Assembly: GCA_030054835.1 (NCBI GenBank)
Contig: JASGVS010000028.1
Span: forward strand, 1,032-65,031
Length of the DNA stretch: 64,000 bases
Reading direction: 5' to 3'
Origin: Bacillota bacterium
Lineage (GTDB): Bacteria; Bacillota; Limnochordia; Darwinibacteriales; Darwinibacteriaceae
The notes under the pieces are model-generated. The model had not been told where the DNA came from, ran no database searches, and saw only the letters and a list, made by a program, of their open reading frames with translations. A program made the translations under genes and the position numbers. Each line of letters begins with the position of its first letter. Positions within the stretch are counted from its first letter, which is position 1. Positions 35,917-44,265 of this stretch are shown one piece after another.

Positions 35917-36690
35917 ATGGACTTAACGCGGTTTGAATTAACGCCGAACGGAAAATGGGCCCTCCTTGAACTTGCCCGTCCGGCCGAGCTCAATGTGCTG
36001 GATGAAACGGCTTTGGCAGAATTAGACCTTATTCTGGATAAGCTTGAGGCAGAGCGCATAAAGGTAGTGGTCATCACCGGTCAAGGCAGGGCGTTTGCGG
36101 CCGGAGCCGATGTATCAACCATGGCCCAGTATGACGCCAAGACAGCGGAGGAGTTCTCCCGCTTTGGTAACGGAGTTTTTCAAAAGATTGAAGATCACCC
36201 CGCCATATTCATTGCCGCGGTGAACGGCTTTACCTTGGGGGGCGGCTGTGAGCTTGCTTTAGCCTGCGACTTCCGCTTTGCGTCCACTAAGGCCTCCTTT
36301 GGCCAGCCCGAAATCAACCTGGGCATAATCCCCGGTTTTGGCGGAACCCAAAGGCTGCCCCGGATTATTGGCCCAGCCAAGGCCAAGGAATGGATCCTAA
36401 CTGGACGCCGTTATTCGGCCGAGGAAGCCCATGAGGTTGGGCTTGTGAGCCGAGTTGTGGAGCCTGACCATCTGCTTGCCGAGACAAAGGCTTTTGCGGA
36501 GGAACTCGTAACAAAGTCAGGACCGATTCTAGCCCTAGCTAAACGGGCCATTAATTCAAGTGTAGGCATGGGCGGGGAAGACATCCCCTTGGAAGCGAAT
36601 CTCTTTGGCCAGTGTTTCGCTACCCGCGACGGCCCGGAAGGACTCAAGGCTTTCCTAGAAAAACGCAGCCCAAACTTTGAGGATAGGTGA
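35917..36690 (+). CDS. crt: Enoyl-CoA hydratase (crotonase)
   Basis: GGGCELALACDFR motif. ATG 35917 is preferred (SD GGGGAGG). Confidence 0.85.
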   Translation: MDLTRFELTPNGKWALLELARPAELNVLDETALAELDLILDKLEAERIKVVVITGQGRAFAAGADVSTMAQYDAKTAEEFSRFGNGVFQKIEDHPAIFIAAVNGFTLGGGCELALACDFRFASTKASFGQPEINLGIIPGFGGTQRLPRIIGPAKAKEWILTGRRYSAEEAHEVGLVSRVVEPDHLLAETKAFAEELVTKSGPILALAKRAINSSVGMGGEDIPLEANLFGQCFATRDGPEGLKAFLEKRSPNFEDR

Positions 36691-36833
36691 TCGTCTGCGG
36701 CACCATAACCCAGCTTTCAAAAGGCCCATGGGCAGGAGATGGTCAATGGCCGAACTGTAAGGTTCAGATTGGGGGTAAGAGTAGGAGGCCTTTCGCCTGT
36801 TGCGGGGTGCTATAATGTGATGGACGTGAAATA

Positions 36834-36853
36834 GGCGGGGAATAGTCCCCGCC
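36834..36853. terminator. Shared terminator hairpin between convergent genes
   Basis: GGCGGGG-AATAGT-CCCCGCC. T-rich tracts are only moderate on both sides. Confidence 0.5.
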
Positions 36854-36859
36854 TACTTA

Positions 36860-37330
36860 TTATTCTATGTAACTGTAATCGAGCTCCAGCATCCATTTGC
36901 CATTGTGTTTCCGGAAGTACATCTCCATGGCGTATTCTGCAACATACCAATCTACGTTCATAAACCGGATTTCCACCGCGGCCCGGCTCATGTCGGGCGT
37001 GAACATAATGCTTTTGAAGTCTACAAAGTGATTGGAACGGGAAACTCCCGGTAGTCGCCAGTGCCTGTCCAAACCCCGCTCTAGACTGCCCATGGCGTTG
37101 GTGAAATGGGAGTAACCGTCGGGGTGGATTAACTTCTGTAGTCCATCCAGATCCCGGTCCAGCACTAGGTCAATAACCTGGTGGGATAGGGCCATTATCT
37201 CCCCGTAGGGGTCAAGCACCCCCTGGGATTTGGCTCCAGATGACTGGCAGCCGCTCACGAAAACGGCCAGCACTAAGAGCACAAAAAAAGAAGCAGGTAG
37301 TATTTTTCCCTTGATTTGCTGCAAAGACAT
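36860..37330 (-). CDS. Hypothetical lipoprotein
   Basis: Internal ATG 37330 gives a signal peptide with a lipobox (MSLQQIKGKILPASFFVLLVLAVFVSGC) and an SD AAAGGATGAG. The longer 204-aa version overlaps the upstream gene. Confidence 0.55.
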   Translation of the reverse strand: MSLQQIKGKILPASFFVLLVLAVFVSGCQSSGAKSQGVLDPYGEIMALSHQVIDLVLDRDLDGLQKLIHPDGYSHFTNAMGSLERGLDRHWRLPGVSRSNHFVDFKSIMFTPDMSRAAVEIRFMNVDWYVAEYAMEMYFRKHNGKWMLELDYSYIE

Positions 37331-37463
37331 CTCATCCTTTCGAGCATTTTTGGTCCATTGTTCTACGTACGCTTTCAGGTAAATAATTCGCCGCGGGGAG
37401 GGGTAAGTCCTATCCATAGAAAAACCCAGCAGGGAATCTATCTCTGCTGGGCTGTGTTTCATA

Positions 37464-38747
37464 CTAAACAGCAATGCGGAAGAGGGAAAGGAACGGGCCC
37501 ACCAGATCTGGATCGAACTGACCCCCTGCCGCCTGCATAATTTCCCTTACCGCATCCTTGTGGCTGCGGGCCCGCCTGTAAGGGCGGTCATTGGTCATGG
37601 CATCATAGGCATCGCAAATAGCGATGATTCTGGCCATGAGGGGAATATCTGTACCTGCTAAGCCTTCGGGATAACCTCCGCCGTCGTAGCGTTCATGATG
37701 GTAGCGGACAGCTGAGGCGATCTCCTGCAGCGAACTTACCTGGGCCAAAGCATTAGCGCCAAAGAGAGGGTGCATTTTGATCTGCTCGTACTCTGTTAAA
37801 GTGAGTTGGCCCGGTTTGTTGAGAATCTCCTTAGGTATGATCGTTTTGCCGATATCATGGATTAGGGCAGCGTAATACAGCTTGGTCTTAAACTCCTCGT
37901 CCATGTTGAGCTTATCGGCGAGCTTGTACGCTAAGGAAGCTACGTTAGTGCAGTGATCCTTGGTATAAGGGTCGTGGGTTTCCAAGAGTTTCAGAAAACC
38001 CGCGATGATGCCATCGGTCATTGCCCGATGGAGCTCCCTTATTTCCTCCTGCTTTTTGGCAAAGGCCTTTTCGAAGCGGCTCTTGTTGTTGGTAAAGCGC
38101 GTTATGTTCTCGAGCCAGACTTGCACCTGATGCTTAACTTTTGGGCTCTCGTCCGGATTGGCCGGCGGGATATAATAGGGATTGTTATGGATTTTATTCT
38201 GCCACAGGATTATGGGATGGGTTTGGATGATACTCCTGATCAAATCATCCGAGAACATGTTCAAATTGTACCGGCAGAGGGCGGAAACGGGATATTCATC
38301 AAACACATGCTTGTTCAGCTTCCATTCGTACTCCACCATCAGCTCTTCTGCCTGAGGGTACTCAACCAGCCAGCTCAGCTCACCTGTTATCGCTAAGAAC
38401 TGATAACCTTCCTTCAGGGCATCCTCCACCAGCGTCTTGATCATCTTCACCATCCTATCTGGTGAAAAGGCGCCGTTTTGGGTGTAGACGTCTGAGCGGT
38501 CCACAAAGAGGAGCTCACCGTCCTTGTTACCCTGGGTCCAGAGCTCGGCCCACTGACTCAGGAGTTCAGGCGTATCCATTGCTCCGGTGATGTAGATACA
38601 GCGTGCGTTCTTGGCCAGGGAGGACTGAATAAAGGCGGTTACATAGCCCATCACTTCCCGCTCGTCGCGGTAGAGGGCAACGAGGTGATCCCCCGGCCGG
38701 ATCGCCTGCGCCTGTGTAAGCAACTCGCCTTTCAACACTCCCTGCAT
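37464..38747 (-). CDS. MEDS-domain / HD-GYP c-di-GMP phosphodiesterase
   Basis: HDIGK and HHERYDGGGYP motifs. The N-terminal ~170 aa resemble a MEDS sensory domain (GDHLVALYRDEREVMGYVTAF). ATG 38747 is preferred (SD GGAG); ATG 38783 has no SD. Confidence 0.8.
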   Translation of the reverse strand: MQGVLKGELLTQAQAIRPGDHLVALYRDEREVMGYVTAFIQSSLAKNARCIYITGAMDTPELLSQWAELWTQGNKDGELLFVDRSDVYTQNGAFSPDRMVKMIKTLVEDALKEGYQFLAITGELSWLVEYPQAEELMVEYEWKLNKHVFDEYPVSALCRYNLNMFSDDLIRSIIQTHPIILWQNKIHNNPYYIPPANPDESPKVKHQVQVWLENITRFTNNKSRFEKAFAKKQEEIRELHRAMTDGIIAGFLKLLETHDPYTKDHCTNVASLAYKLADKLNMDEEFKTKLYYAALIHDIGKTIIPKEILNKPGQLTLTEYEQIKMHPLFGANALAQVSSLQEIASAVRYHHERYDGGGYPEGLAGTDIPLMARIIAICDAYDAMTNDRPYRRARSHKDAVREIMQAAGGQFDPDLVGPFLSLFRIAV

Positions 38748-38798
38748 TGTCTCGACTCCATTAACAAAAATTGCTTGCCCCATGGCAAGCTAATGATA

Positions 38799-38827
38799 AT
38801 AATACAAGTTTAGGCATTGGCTGTCAA
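38799..38827 (-). promoter_or_regulatory. Sigma-70-type promoter for the HD-GYP gene
   Basis: Minus strand: TTGACA, 17 nt, TATTAT. Confidence 0.55.
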
Positions 38828-38895
38828 TTATTGTTTTTCATATTTTTTGACAACAAAGTACTCTCCGTTACACTGTTTGTGAATCAATTCCTAAG

Positions 38896-38925
38896 TTGAC
38901 GGCTGTCTAATCAGCGTGGTATTAT
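38896..38925 (+). promoter_or_regulatory. Sigma-70-type promoter for the chemoreceptor gene
   Basis: TTGACG, 18 nt, extended -10 TGGTATTAT. Leaves a ~120-nt leader. Confidence 0.55.
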
Positions 38926-39050
38926 GAACTTGCAATATGTGGCATTTTTGGACAATTGTGCCTAGTTGCGACACCTGCGGAAATAGTTGTTGGACAAGCT
39001 GCCGACTGTTGAGAGGACCCAAAGCATCTTAGGGGGAGAGAGGGATCTTT

Positions 39051-40913
39051 ATGAAAAGCCGGTTTGCCATCAAGAGCATGAAGACGAGAATGGTTGTGCT
39101 GTTCAGTTTGGCCTTTTTAGTTGTTACCGTTGGTGCCAGTGCTTTCTTTTACTTTACCGCCAGCGGGCTTATGCGTTCCAATATCCTGCGGGAGGCGCAG
39201 GTGATAGCTGAGCTCAACGCCCAGGCCATTTCCCATTGGTTCATTGCGATAGAAGATGATATGTACTTATTCTCCCAAATCCCCGAAGTCCGGGCACAGA
39301 ATTGGGATGAAGCGAGGGTGTTAATGAATGTCCTCATAGAAGACCGCCCCTACTACGGCGGCATTCTCCTTGCCAACCTAGATGGAGATGCCATTACCGT
39401 GGAGGGGCATGTTATTAACATTGGCGAACGGGACTACTTCCTTGGAGCCTTGGCCGAAGAGGGAGTCTATTATTCCCAACCAATGGTCACCCAAGCTACC
39501 GACCTGGCCACCATCATGCTGGCCAGGGCAGTTTACGACCAGAACGGCCGACCAAATGGAGTTGTGGCCTTCTCAGTAAGTCTGGAAGAACTTCAAGCTG
39601 TATCGGGCGGCATGTCACTCCACGGCCTTGGTTACGGCTGGTTGATCAATGAGGAACTGATGGTTCTGGGTCATCCCAACTCTGACTACTTAGGGAACGC
39701 CGATTTATTCCAAGCCGAACCGGAGCTGCGGCCCATTGTCTCTGAGATGCTGATGGGCGAAGCGGGAGTAGATACCTATCGGTTGGGTGATGAGAACGCC
39801 ATCGTTGCCTACGCCCCCATAACCCAAACAGGCTGGGCGATCGCTCTGGAAGCACCTGAAAAAGAGGTGATGGCAGGTATAACCCGCATGGCGCAAACCG
39901 CTGGGGGGATCATCGCGGTAGCGGTAGTGGTTGGTTCCATCCTAGCTTACGTGTTAGCCAATTCCATGGCCAATCCCATTATTAAGCTGAAGGAAGGGGC
40001 AGAACGGATTGCCACCGGGCATTTGGTGGAAATCACGGGAGTGGAACGGAGCGACGAGATCGGTGCCTTGGGCGCTGCCTTCAACCAGATGGTGGGCCAT
40101 CTGCGCAGAGTGATTGAGAATGTGACAAGTTCAGTGGGAGAAGTGCTCGATACATCCAATTCCCTCTCGGCTGCAACAGAACAGACAAGCGCTTCCATTG
40201 AAGAAGTAGCCAGCAGTGCCAACCAGTTCTCCAGTACTGTTACTTCCATGAACCAAAACGTGGTGGAAGTGACCAATGCCACCACAGCCATTACATCCAT
40301 GGCTTCAGATGGCGAAACGGCTTTGGCTGAGAGTACGGCGAAAATGGATGAGATGGTAAACAGCATTCAGCAGATTGCGGACATTGTCCAAAGTTTGGAT
40401 GAGAGCTCAGACAAGATCGAGTTGATTGTTAAGACGATCTTTGAGATCACTGAGCAGACAAACCTGTTAGCGCTTAATGCGGCCATTGAAGCCGCCAGAG
40501 CGGGCGAGCAGGGACGGGGGTTTGCGGTTGTGGCAGGGGAAATCAGGAAGCTGTCTGAGCAGAGCCATAATGCAACCCAAGATATTCGCGATTTGATCAG
40601 CGATATTCAAAGCAAGACCAAACAGGCCACTGCTGGGGTGGAAATGGGTGTGGCGGAAGTACATGAAACGGCCACGACCGTTTCCCACACAGCCCAGCTT
40701 CTATCCACCATCATGCAAGCCATCAATGAAGTGAGTGAGCGCATTGAGCGGGTGAAGGAAGATACCCTCGACATTGACCGGGGGGCCCAGGAGATGGCTG
40801 CGGCCACAGAGGAACAGTCTGCCACAGTGGAGCAGATCGCAAGTTCGGCAGTGCGCTTAACCGAGATGGCTGCGGAGCTGCGGGCTTTGGTTGAACGTTT
40901 TCAACTGTCGTAG
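39051..40913 (+). CDS. Methyl-accepting chemotaxis protein with dCache sensor and HAMP
   Basis: 620 aa. Conserved signalling hairpin [35 protein letters not shown]. Two TM segments flank a Cache-like domain. Confidence 0.9.
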   Translation: MKSRFAIKSMKTRMVVLFSLAFLVVTVGASAFFYFTASGLMRSNILREAQVIAELNAQAISHWFIAIEDDMYLFSQIPEVRAQNWDEARVLMNVLIEDRPYYGGILLANLDGDAITVEGHVINIGERDYFLGALAEEGVYYSQPMVTQATDLATIMLARAVYDQNGRPNGVVAFSVSLEELQAVSGGMSLHGLGYGWLINEELMVLGHPNSDYLGNADLFQAEPELRPIVSEMLMGEAGVDTYRLGDENAIVAYAPITQTGWAIALEAPEKEVMAGITRMAQTAGGIIAVAVVVGSILAYVLANSMANPIIKLKEGAERIATGHLVEITGVERSDEIGALGAAFNQMVGHLRRVIENVTSSVGEVLDTSNSLSAATEQTSASIEEVASSANQFSSTVTSMNQNVVEVTNATTAITSMASDGETALAESTAKMDEMVNSIQQIADIVQSLDESSDKIELIVKTIFEITEQTNLLALNAAIEAARAGEQGRGFAVVAGEIRKLSEQSHNATQDIRDLISDIQSKTKQATAGVEMGVAEVHETATTVSHTAQLLSTIMQAINEVSERIERVKEDTLDIDRGAQEMAAATEEQSATVEQIASSAVRLTEMAAELRALVERFQLS

Positions 40914-40930
40914 ACCGATATAGCAAAAAA

Positions 40931-40980
40931 ACAATAAGGCAATAAGACAATAAGACAATAAGACAATAAGAGAGAATAAG
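40931..40980. repeat. 8-nt tandem repeat (ACAATAAG), about 6 units
   Basis: ACAATAAG GCAATAAG ACAATAAG ACAATAAG ACAATAAG AG AGAATAAG. Lies between the MCP stop codon and the terminator. Confidence 0.9.
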
Positions 40981-40982
40981 TG

Positions 40983-41035
40983 CGGTGGCCACCGACCTTT
41001 CCCACAGGCAAGGAAAGGGGTGGCCACCGTTTTTT
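40983..41035. terminator. Long-stem bidirectional terminator (MCP / ADH convergent)
   Basis: About 18-bp stem CGGTGGCCACC..CCTTTCC / GGAAAGG.GGTGGCCACCG followed by TTTTTT. Confidence 0.8.
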
Positions 41036-41050
41036 AGGGTTGTGCCATGG

Positions 41051-42109
41051 TTAAATATCTGCTTTGAGGAGAACCTTAATGGCGTTGTCCCGCCGTTCTT
41101 CGAAGATATCATAGGCCTCAGCCACCTCTGAAAGGGGTAGGCTGTGGGTGATGAGGGGCTTCATGTTGATCTTTCCAGCTTTGATCAGATTGATCAGTTC
41201 GGGAATGCGGTTGGCGTTAACCAAACCCATGGTGATGGTGATGTTTTTGATCCAGAGTTTGTTCATGGGCACAGTCTGGGGCGTTTCAAAAACGCCGATT
41301 ACGGACACGGTACCACCTGGTCTGACGCTGTCCAGAGCACCTTTAAACGTAGGTTCAAAACCGTTGGCTTCAATGGTTACATCCGCACCCCGGCCCTCCG
41401 TTAAGTCCTTAATGGCTTGGGGTACATCCACCTTGTTGGGGTTCAGTCCCATATCTGCCCAGCCGTTCTTTTGGGCGAACTCCAAACGGGAGTCGTCAAT
41501 GTCTACCGCAATGATGTTGGCGGGGCCCCAGAGCCTTGCGGTTGCCATGGCGCACATGCCAACCGGGCCTGAACCGAACACAGCTACCGTATCGCCGGGC
41601 TGAATGCGGCCCATTTCGGCGCCATAATAGCCGGTGGAGAGGATGTCACCTACGAATATCACATCTTCATCGGTGAGGCCTTCTGGGATAATGTACATGC
41701 CCGAGTCAGCATAGGGTACCCGTACGTAATCGGCCTGGCAGCCATCGATCATATAACCAAAAATCCAGCTGCCGTCTACACACTGGGAATACATTCCCCG
41801 GCGGCAGTAAAAACAGTTCATACATTGGGTTACGCAGGATACTGCAACCCGGTCGCCCTTTTTGAACTTGGTTACAGCGGGCCCAACCTCTTCCACAATG
41901 CCGCAGAACTCATGACCGATAATTCTGCCCGGCTCCACCTCAGGCAGACCGCCGTGGCGGATATGTTTGTCCGTACCGCAGATGGTTGAGGTGGTGACCT
42001 TGACAATAGCGTCAGTGGGCTTAAGGATCTTCGGTTTGGGCACTTGATCCAGGCTCATGTTTTCTGGGCCGTGATAGACAAAGGCTTTCATCGTTTCTGA
42101 CATACTCAA
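41051..42109 (-). CDS. Zinc-dependent medium-chain alcohol dehydrogenase
   Basis: 352 aa. GHEFCGIVEEVG zinc motif, a structural-zinc Cys cluster, GSGPVG NAD fold. Confidence 0.85.
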   Translation of the reverse strand: MSMSETMKAFVYHGPENMSLDQVPKPKILKPTDAIVKVTTSTICGTDKHIRHGGLPEVEPGRIIGHEFCGIVEEVGPAVTKFKKGDRVAVSCVTQCMNCFYCRRGMYSQCVDGSWIFGYMIDGCQADYVRVPYADSGMYIIPEGLTDEDVIFVGDILSTGYYGAEMGRIQPGDTVAVFGSGPVGMCAMATARLWGPANIIAVDIDDSRLEFAQKNGWADMGLNPNKVDVPQAIKDLTEGRGADVTIEANGFEPTFKGALDSVRPGGTVSVIGVFETPQTVPMNKLWIKNITITMGLVNANRIPELINLIKAGKINMKPLITHSLPLSEVAEAYDIFEERRDNAIKVLLKADI

Positions 42110-42201
42110 AACCTCCTAATATGTTTGCTGTTCAGATAACGTTGAAAAAGAGCTTACCTAGATTACCGTTCTCCTTTAGGCACCCTCCTTTCTGCGGAGA
42201 A

Positions 42202-42247
42202 TAAAAAAACCAAGTTTCTGCTTCCCCGAGGAAGCCAAAAACTTGGT
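42202..42247 (-). terminator. Rho-independent terminator of the DUF2294 gene
   Basis: Minus strand: ACCAAGTTT..GCTTCC-N4-GGAAGC..AAACTTGGT followed by TTTTTTT. Confidence 0.75.
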
Positions 42248-42283
42248 CTATCGCCAGGCCACTTTCGTTTCCCTTTGATCTAC

Positions 42284-42697
42284 CTACTTATTCGTTGGTG
42301 ATAACTCTTGGGTTACGGTGCGATCTAGAATCATCACATGCATCCAGAAATCCTTTTCCGCCTCAACTAGAAATGATTGGTGCACTACCTTGGCATTGAG
42401 CATTCTTTCAATGTATGGAACGTTATCAATGGCATGCTGTTTGGCCACATGGATGCGTGCTGAGTTGACAACATCTTTGCCTGCAGCTGTCTCCACAATG
42501 TATTTTTCTGGGTCGGTAAGAAAACCCTCGCCTCGGATTATTACCACGTCTTCCCAAATATTGACCCGGGTATGGTCAACCCCTTTGCCCAGCTTGGATT
42601 TGAAATACTTCTCCATGTAAATCTTCAGTTCGTGCTGTGCCTTTCTCCGTGCTCGCTCGTTCAGCCTGTCATTACCTTCAAGTCTTACGGCCGCCAA
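42284..42697 (-). CDS. DUF2294 (MpsC-like) family protein
   Basis: YMEKYFKSKLGKG...VVIIRGEGFLTDPEK...VVHQSFLVEAEKDFWMHVMILD pattern. TTG start at 42697 preceded by AGGGAAGGAG with 8-nt spacing. The 198-aa ATG-initiated version would begin inside the promoter -10. Confidence 0.65.
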   Translation of the reverse strand: MAAVRLEGNDRLNERARRKAQHELKIYMEKYFKSKLGKGVDHTRVNIWEDVVIIRGEGFLTDPEKYIVETAAGKDVVNSARIHVAKQHAIDNVPYIERMLNAKVVHQSFLVEAEKDFWMHVMILDRTVTQELSPTNK

Positions 42698-42753
42698 AGC
42701 AGTTACTCCTTCCCTACGGCATAGGGCCGCGGCAGTCCGCCAAGGTCTGTATA

Positions 42754-42806
42754 CAAAGAAAACCAGTGTTTGCGGGCTCGCGAAAGGTACGAACGTCAAA
42801 CACTGG
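42754..42806 (-). terminator. Leader (attenuator) terminator inside the 5' UTR of the DUF2294 gene
   Basis: Minus strand: CCAGTGTTTG-N24-CAAACACTGG followed by TTTTCTTTG. It lies about 70 nt after the predicted start site and about 55 nt before the start codon. Confidence 0.6.
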
Positions 42807-42875
42807 TATTTTATCGAGCTACCGGCAGGTGTCTCTCTAAACCACCATAAAAAGGGAATTGATTGTGTTATTTTT

Positions 42876-42904
42876 ATCATAGTCCAATTTCAATAGATTG
42901 TCAA
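42876..42904 (-). promoter_or_regulatory. Near-consensus sigma-70 promoter of the DUF2294 gene
   Basis: Minus strand: TTGACA, 17 nt, TATGAT. Confidence 0.65.
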
Positions 42905-42997
42905 TAATTTCTCTAATATAAAGGAGGGTATTGGCGAAAAAAGTCAGAAACACTCTGAAAAGGTGAGAAATGGTCCGTTTTATGTGAGGTGCTTGCC

Positions 42998-43317
42998 ATG
43001 TACAGCCGCGAGCTGAGGGATCTCTTGTTAAATGAAGGAGCTGCGCAGGTAGGCTTTGCCCATTTAGCTGCTGCAGGAGCTCGTCACATGCGGCAGCGGC
43101 GGGTTTTACCGAAATTGAGGAGTTTGAATATGATGTAAAGGAGTATTACCAGACGCCGGAAGATCTTATTTTCCTCCTGAAGTATACTCCCATCATTCCC
43201 GATTTTGGCAGAGACGCGGAGGACTTCCGAAGCACAGCTGATTTTATCGCAGAAAACCAGAGAGAGAAAGGGATCTGCACCAACTCCAAGCGATATATGC
43301 TTATCGCGAAGAAATAA
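42998..43317 (+). pseudogene. Gene remnants: ~30-codon N-terminal fragment plus a frame-shifted C-terminal fragment of a class I methyltransferase-like gene
   Basis: MYSRELRDLLLNEGAAQVGFAHL... stops after 46 codons. A different frame reads ...EEFEYDVKEYYQTPEDLIFLLKYTPIIPDFG...KRYMLIAKK* and has no start codon. Confidence 0.35.
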
Positions 43318-43379
43318 GAACTGGAGAAGGTTTGCACAGTACGGTTGGGGAGGAAGGGGCATCCGCTCTACCTCCCCTT

Positions 43380-43437
43380 CACTTTACATACATTTGATAC
43401 TGGCCAGATTGTCCACTTTACACTGCTCCCATATGCT
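43380..43437 (+). promoter_or_regulatory. Pho-box promoter (four phased PhoP-type hexamers plus -10) for pstB-phoU-phoPR
   Basis: TTTACA(43383) / TTGATA(43394) / CAGATT(43405) / TTTACA(43417) at 11-11-12 nt phasing, then GCTCCC and TATGCT. Confidence 0.55.
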
Positions 43438-43487
43438 GTACTTAGAAATAAGTAATGTGGAAGGTTAGGATATGGGTGGCTGAAAAG

Positions 43488-44249
43488 ATGCTGAAATTCG
43501 ATAATCCAGTACTTATGAGCAGAGATTTGAGCCTGTGGTATGGAGATAATCAGGCTTTGAACAGGATCAATATGGAAATTCCGGCCAGGGAAGTGACTGC
43601 CATCATCGGCCCTTCTGGCTGCGGGAAATCCACTTTTTTAAAGACGATTAACCGCATGACGGATTTAGTTGAGGGTGTGCGCCTGGAAGGGGCACTGGAG
43701 TTTTTAGGCAGGCCCTTGAAGGATTACGATGTGGTTGAACTGCGGCGCAGAGTGGGTATGGTGTTTCAAAGGCCAAATCCCTTTCCCAAGTCGATCTATG
43801 AGAACATAGTCTTTGGCCTGCGTCTAGTGGGGGAAAGGAGAAGAGCGGTTCTAGATGAAGTTGTAGAGCGGAGCCTAAGGCAGGCAGCCCTCTGGGATGA
43901 GGTTAAGGATAGGCTGCACAGCTCCGCCTTGGAACTGTCCGGCGGTCAGCAGCAGCGGCTCTGTACTGCTCGGGCCCTGGCGGTGAACCCGGAAGTGATC
44001 CTCATGGACGAGCCCACTTCGGCGCTGGACCCGGTGGCTTCCGCCAAGATCGAGGAACTGATAATCCGACTGAAGGAAGAATACACCATCCTAATTGTGA
44101 CCCACAACATGCAGCAGGCTGCTAGAATTTCGGATCAGACCGCTTTCTTTTTATCTGGTGAACTGGTGGAGTACAGCAAGACAGATGAGCTGTTCGAAAC
44201 CCCAGCCTCACCCAAGACAGAAGACTTTATTACGGGCAGATTTGGTTAG
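43488..44249 (+). CDS. pstB: Phosphate ABC transporter ATP-binding protein (copy 1)
   Basis: [31 protein letters not shown], and the C-terminal ...EDFITGRFG typical of PstB. ATG 43488 is preferred. Confidence 0.9.
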   Translation: MLKFDNPVLMSRDLSLWYGDNQALNRINMEIPAREVTAIIGPSGCGKSTFLKTINRMTDLVEGVRLEGALEFLGRPLKDYDVVELRRRVGMVFQRPNPFPKSIYENIVFGLRLVGERRRAVLDEVVERSLRQAALWDEVKDRLHSSALELSGGQQQRLCTARALAVNPEVILMDEPTSALDPVASAKIEELIIRLKEEYTILIVTHNMQQAARISDQTAFFLSGELVEYSKTDELFETPASPKTEDFITGRFG

Positions 44250-44265
44250 AATTAGGGGGATAGGA

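Noticed and set aside
36808-36853. Extended -10-like TGCTATAAT followed about 15 nt later by a GC hairpin, suggesting a tiny sRNA.
   Set aside because: - There is no -35.
- The hairpin is better explained as the shared terminator of the convergent crt and lipoprotein genes.
- The resulting transcript would be about 30 nt.
38877-38894. The best Rex-like match in the window by half-site score: TTGTGAATCAATTCCTAA (12 of 14 half-site positions).
   Set aside because: - It lies between an HD-GYP gene and a chemoreceptor gene, which are not typical Rex targets.
- It is centred about -46 from one promoter and more than 50 nt from the other.
- I keep it only as a note under the TTGTGA motif observation.
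40931-40980. Possible CRISPR array or coding repeat (ORF 40723-41112 on the minus strand reads LILSYCLIVLLSYCLIV).
   Set aside because: - The units are 8 nt with no spacers, far too short for CRISPR.
- The overlapping ORF spans a terminator and the end of the ADH gene and is an artefact of the repeat.
42284-42880. The 198-aa ATG-initiated version of the DUF2294 ORF.
   Set aside because: - Its ATG lies inside the TATGAT -10 box of a near-consensus promoter.
- Its first 61 codons run through a strong terminator hairpin.
- The family-like sequence begins only after the TTG at 42697, which has a good SD.
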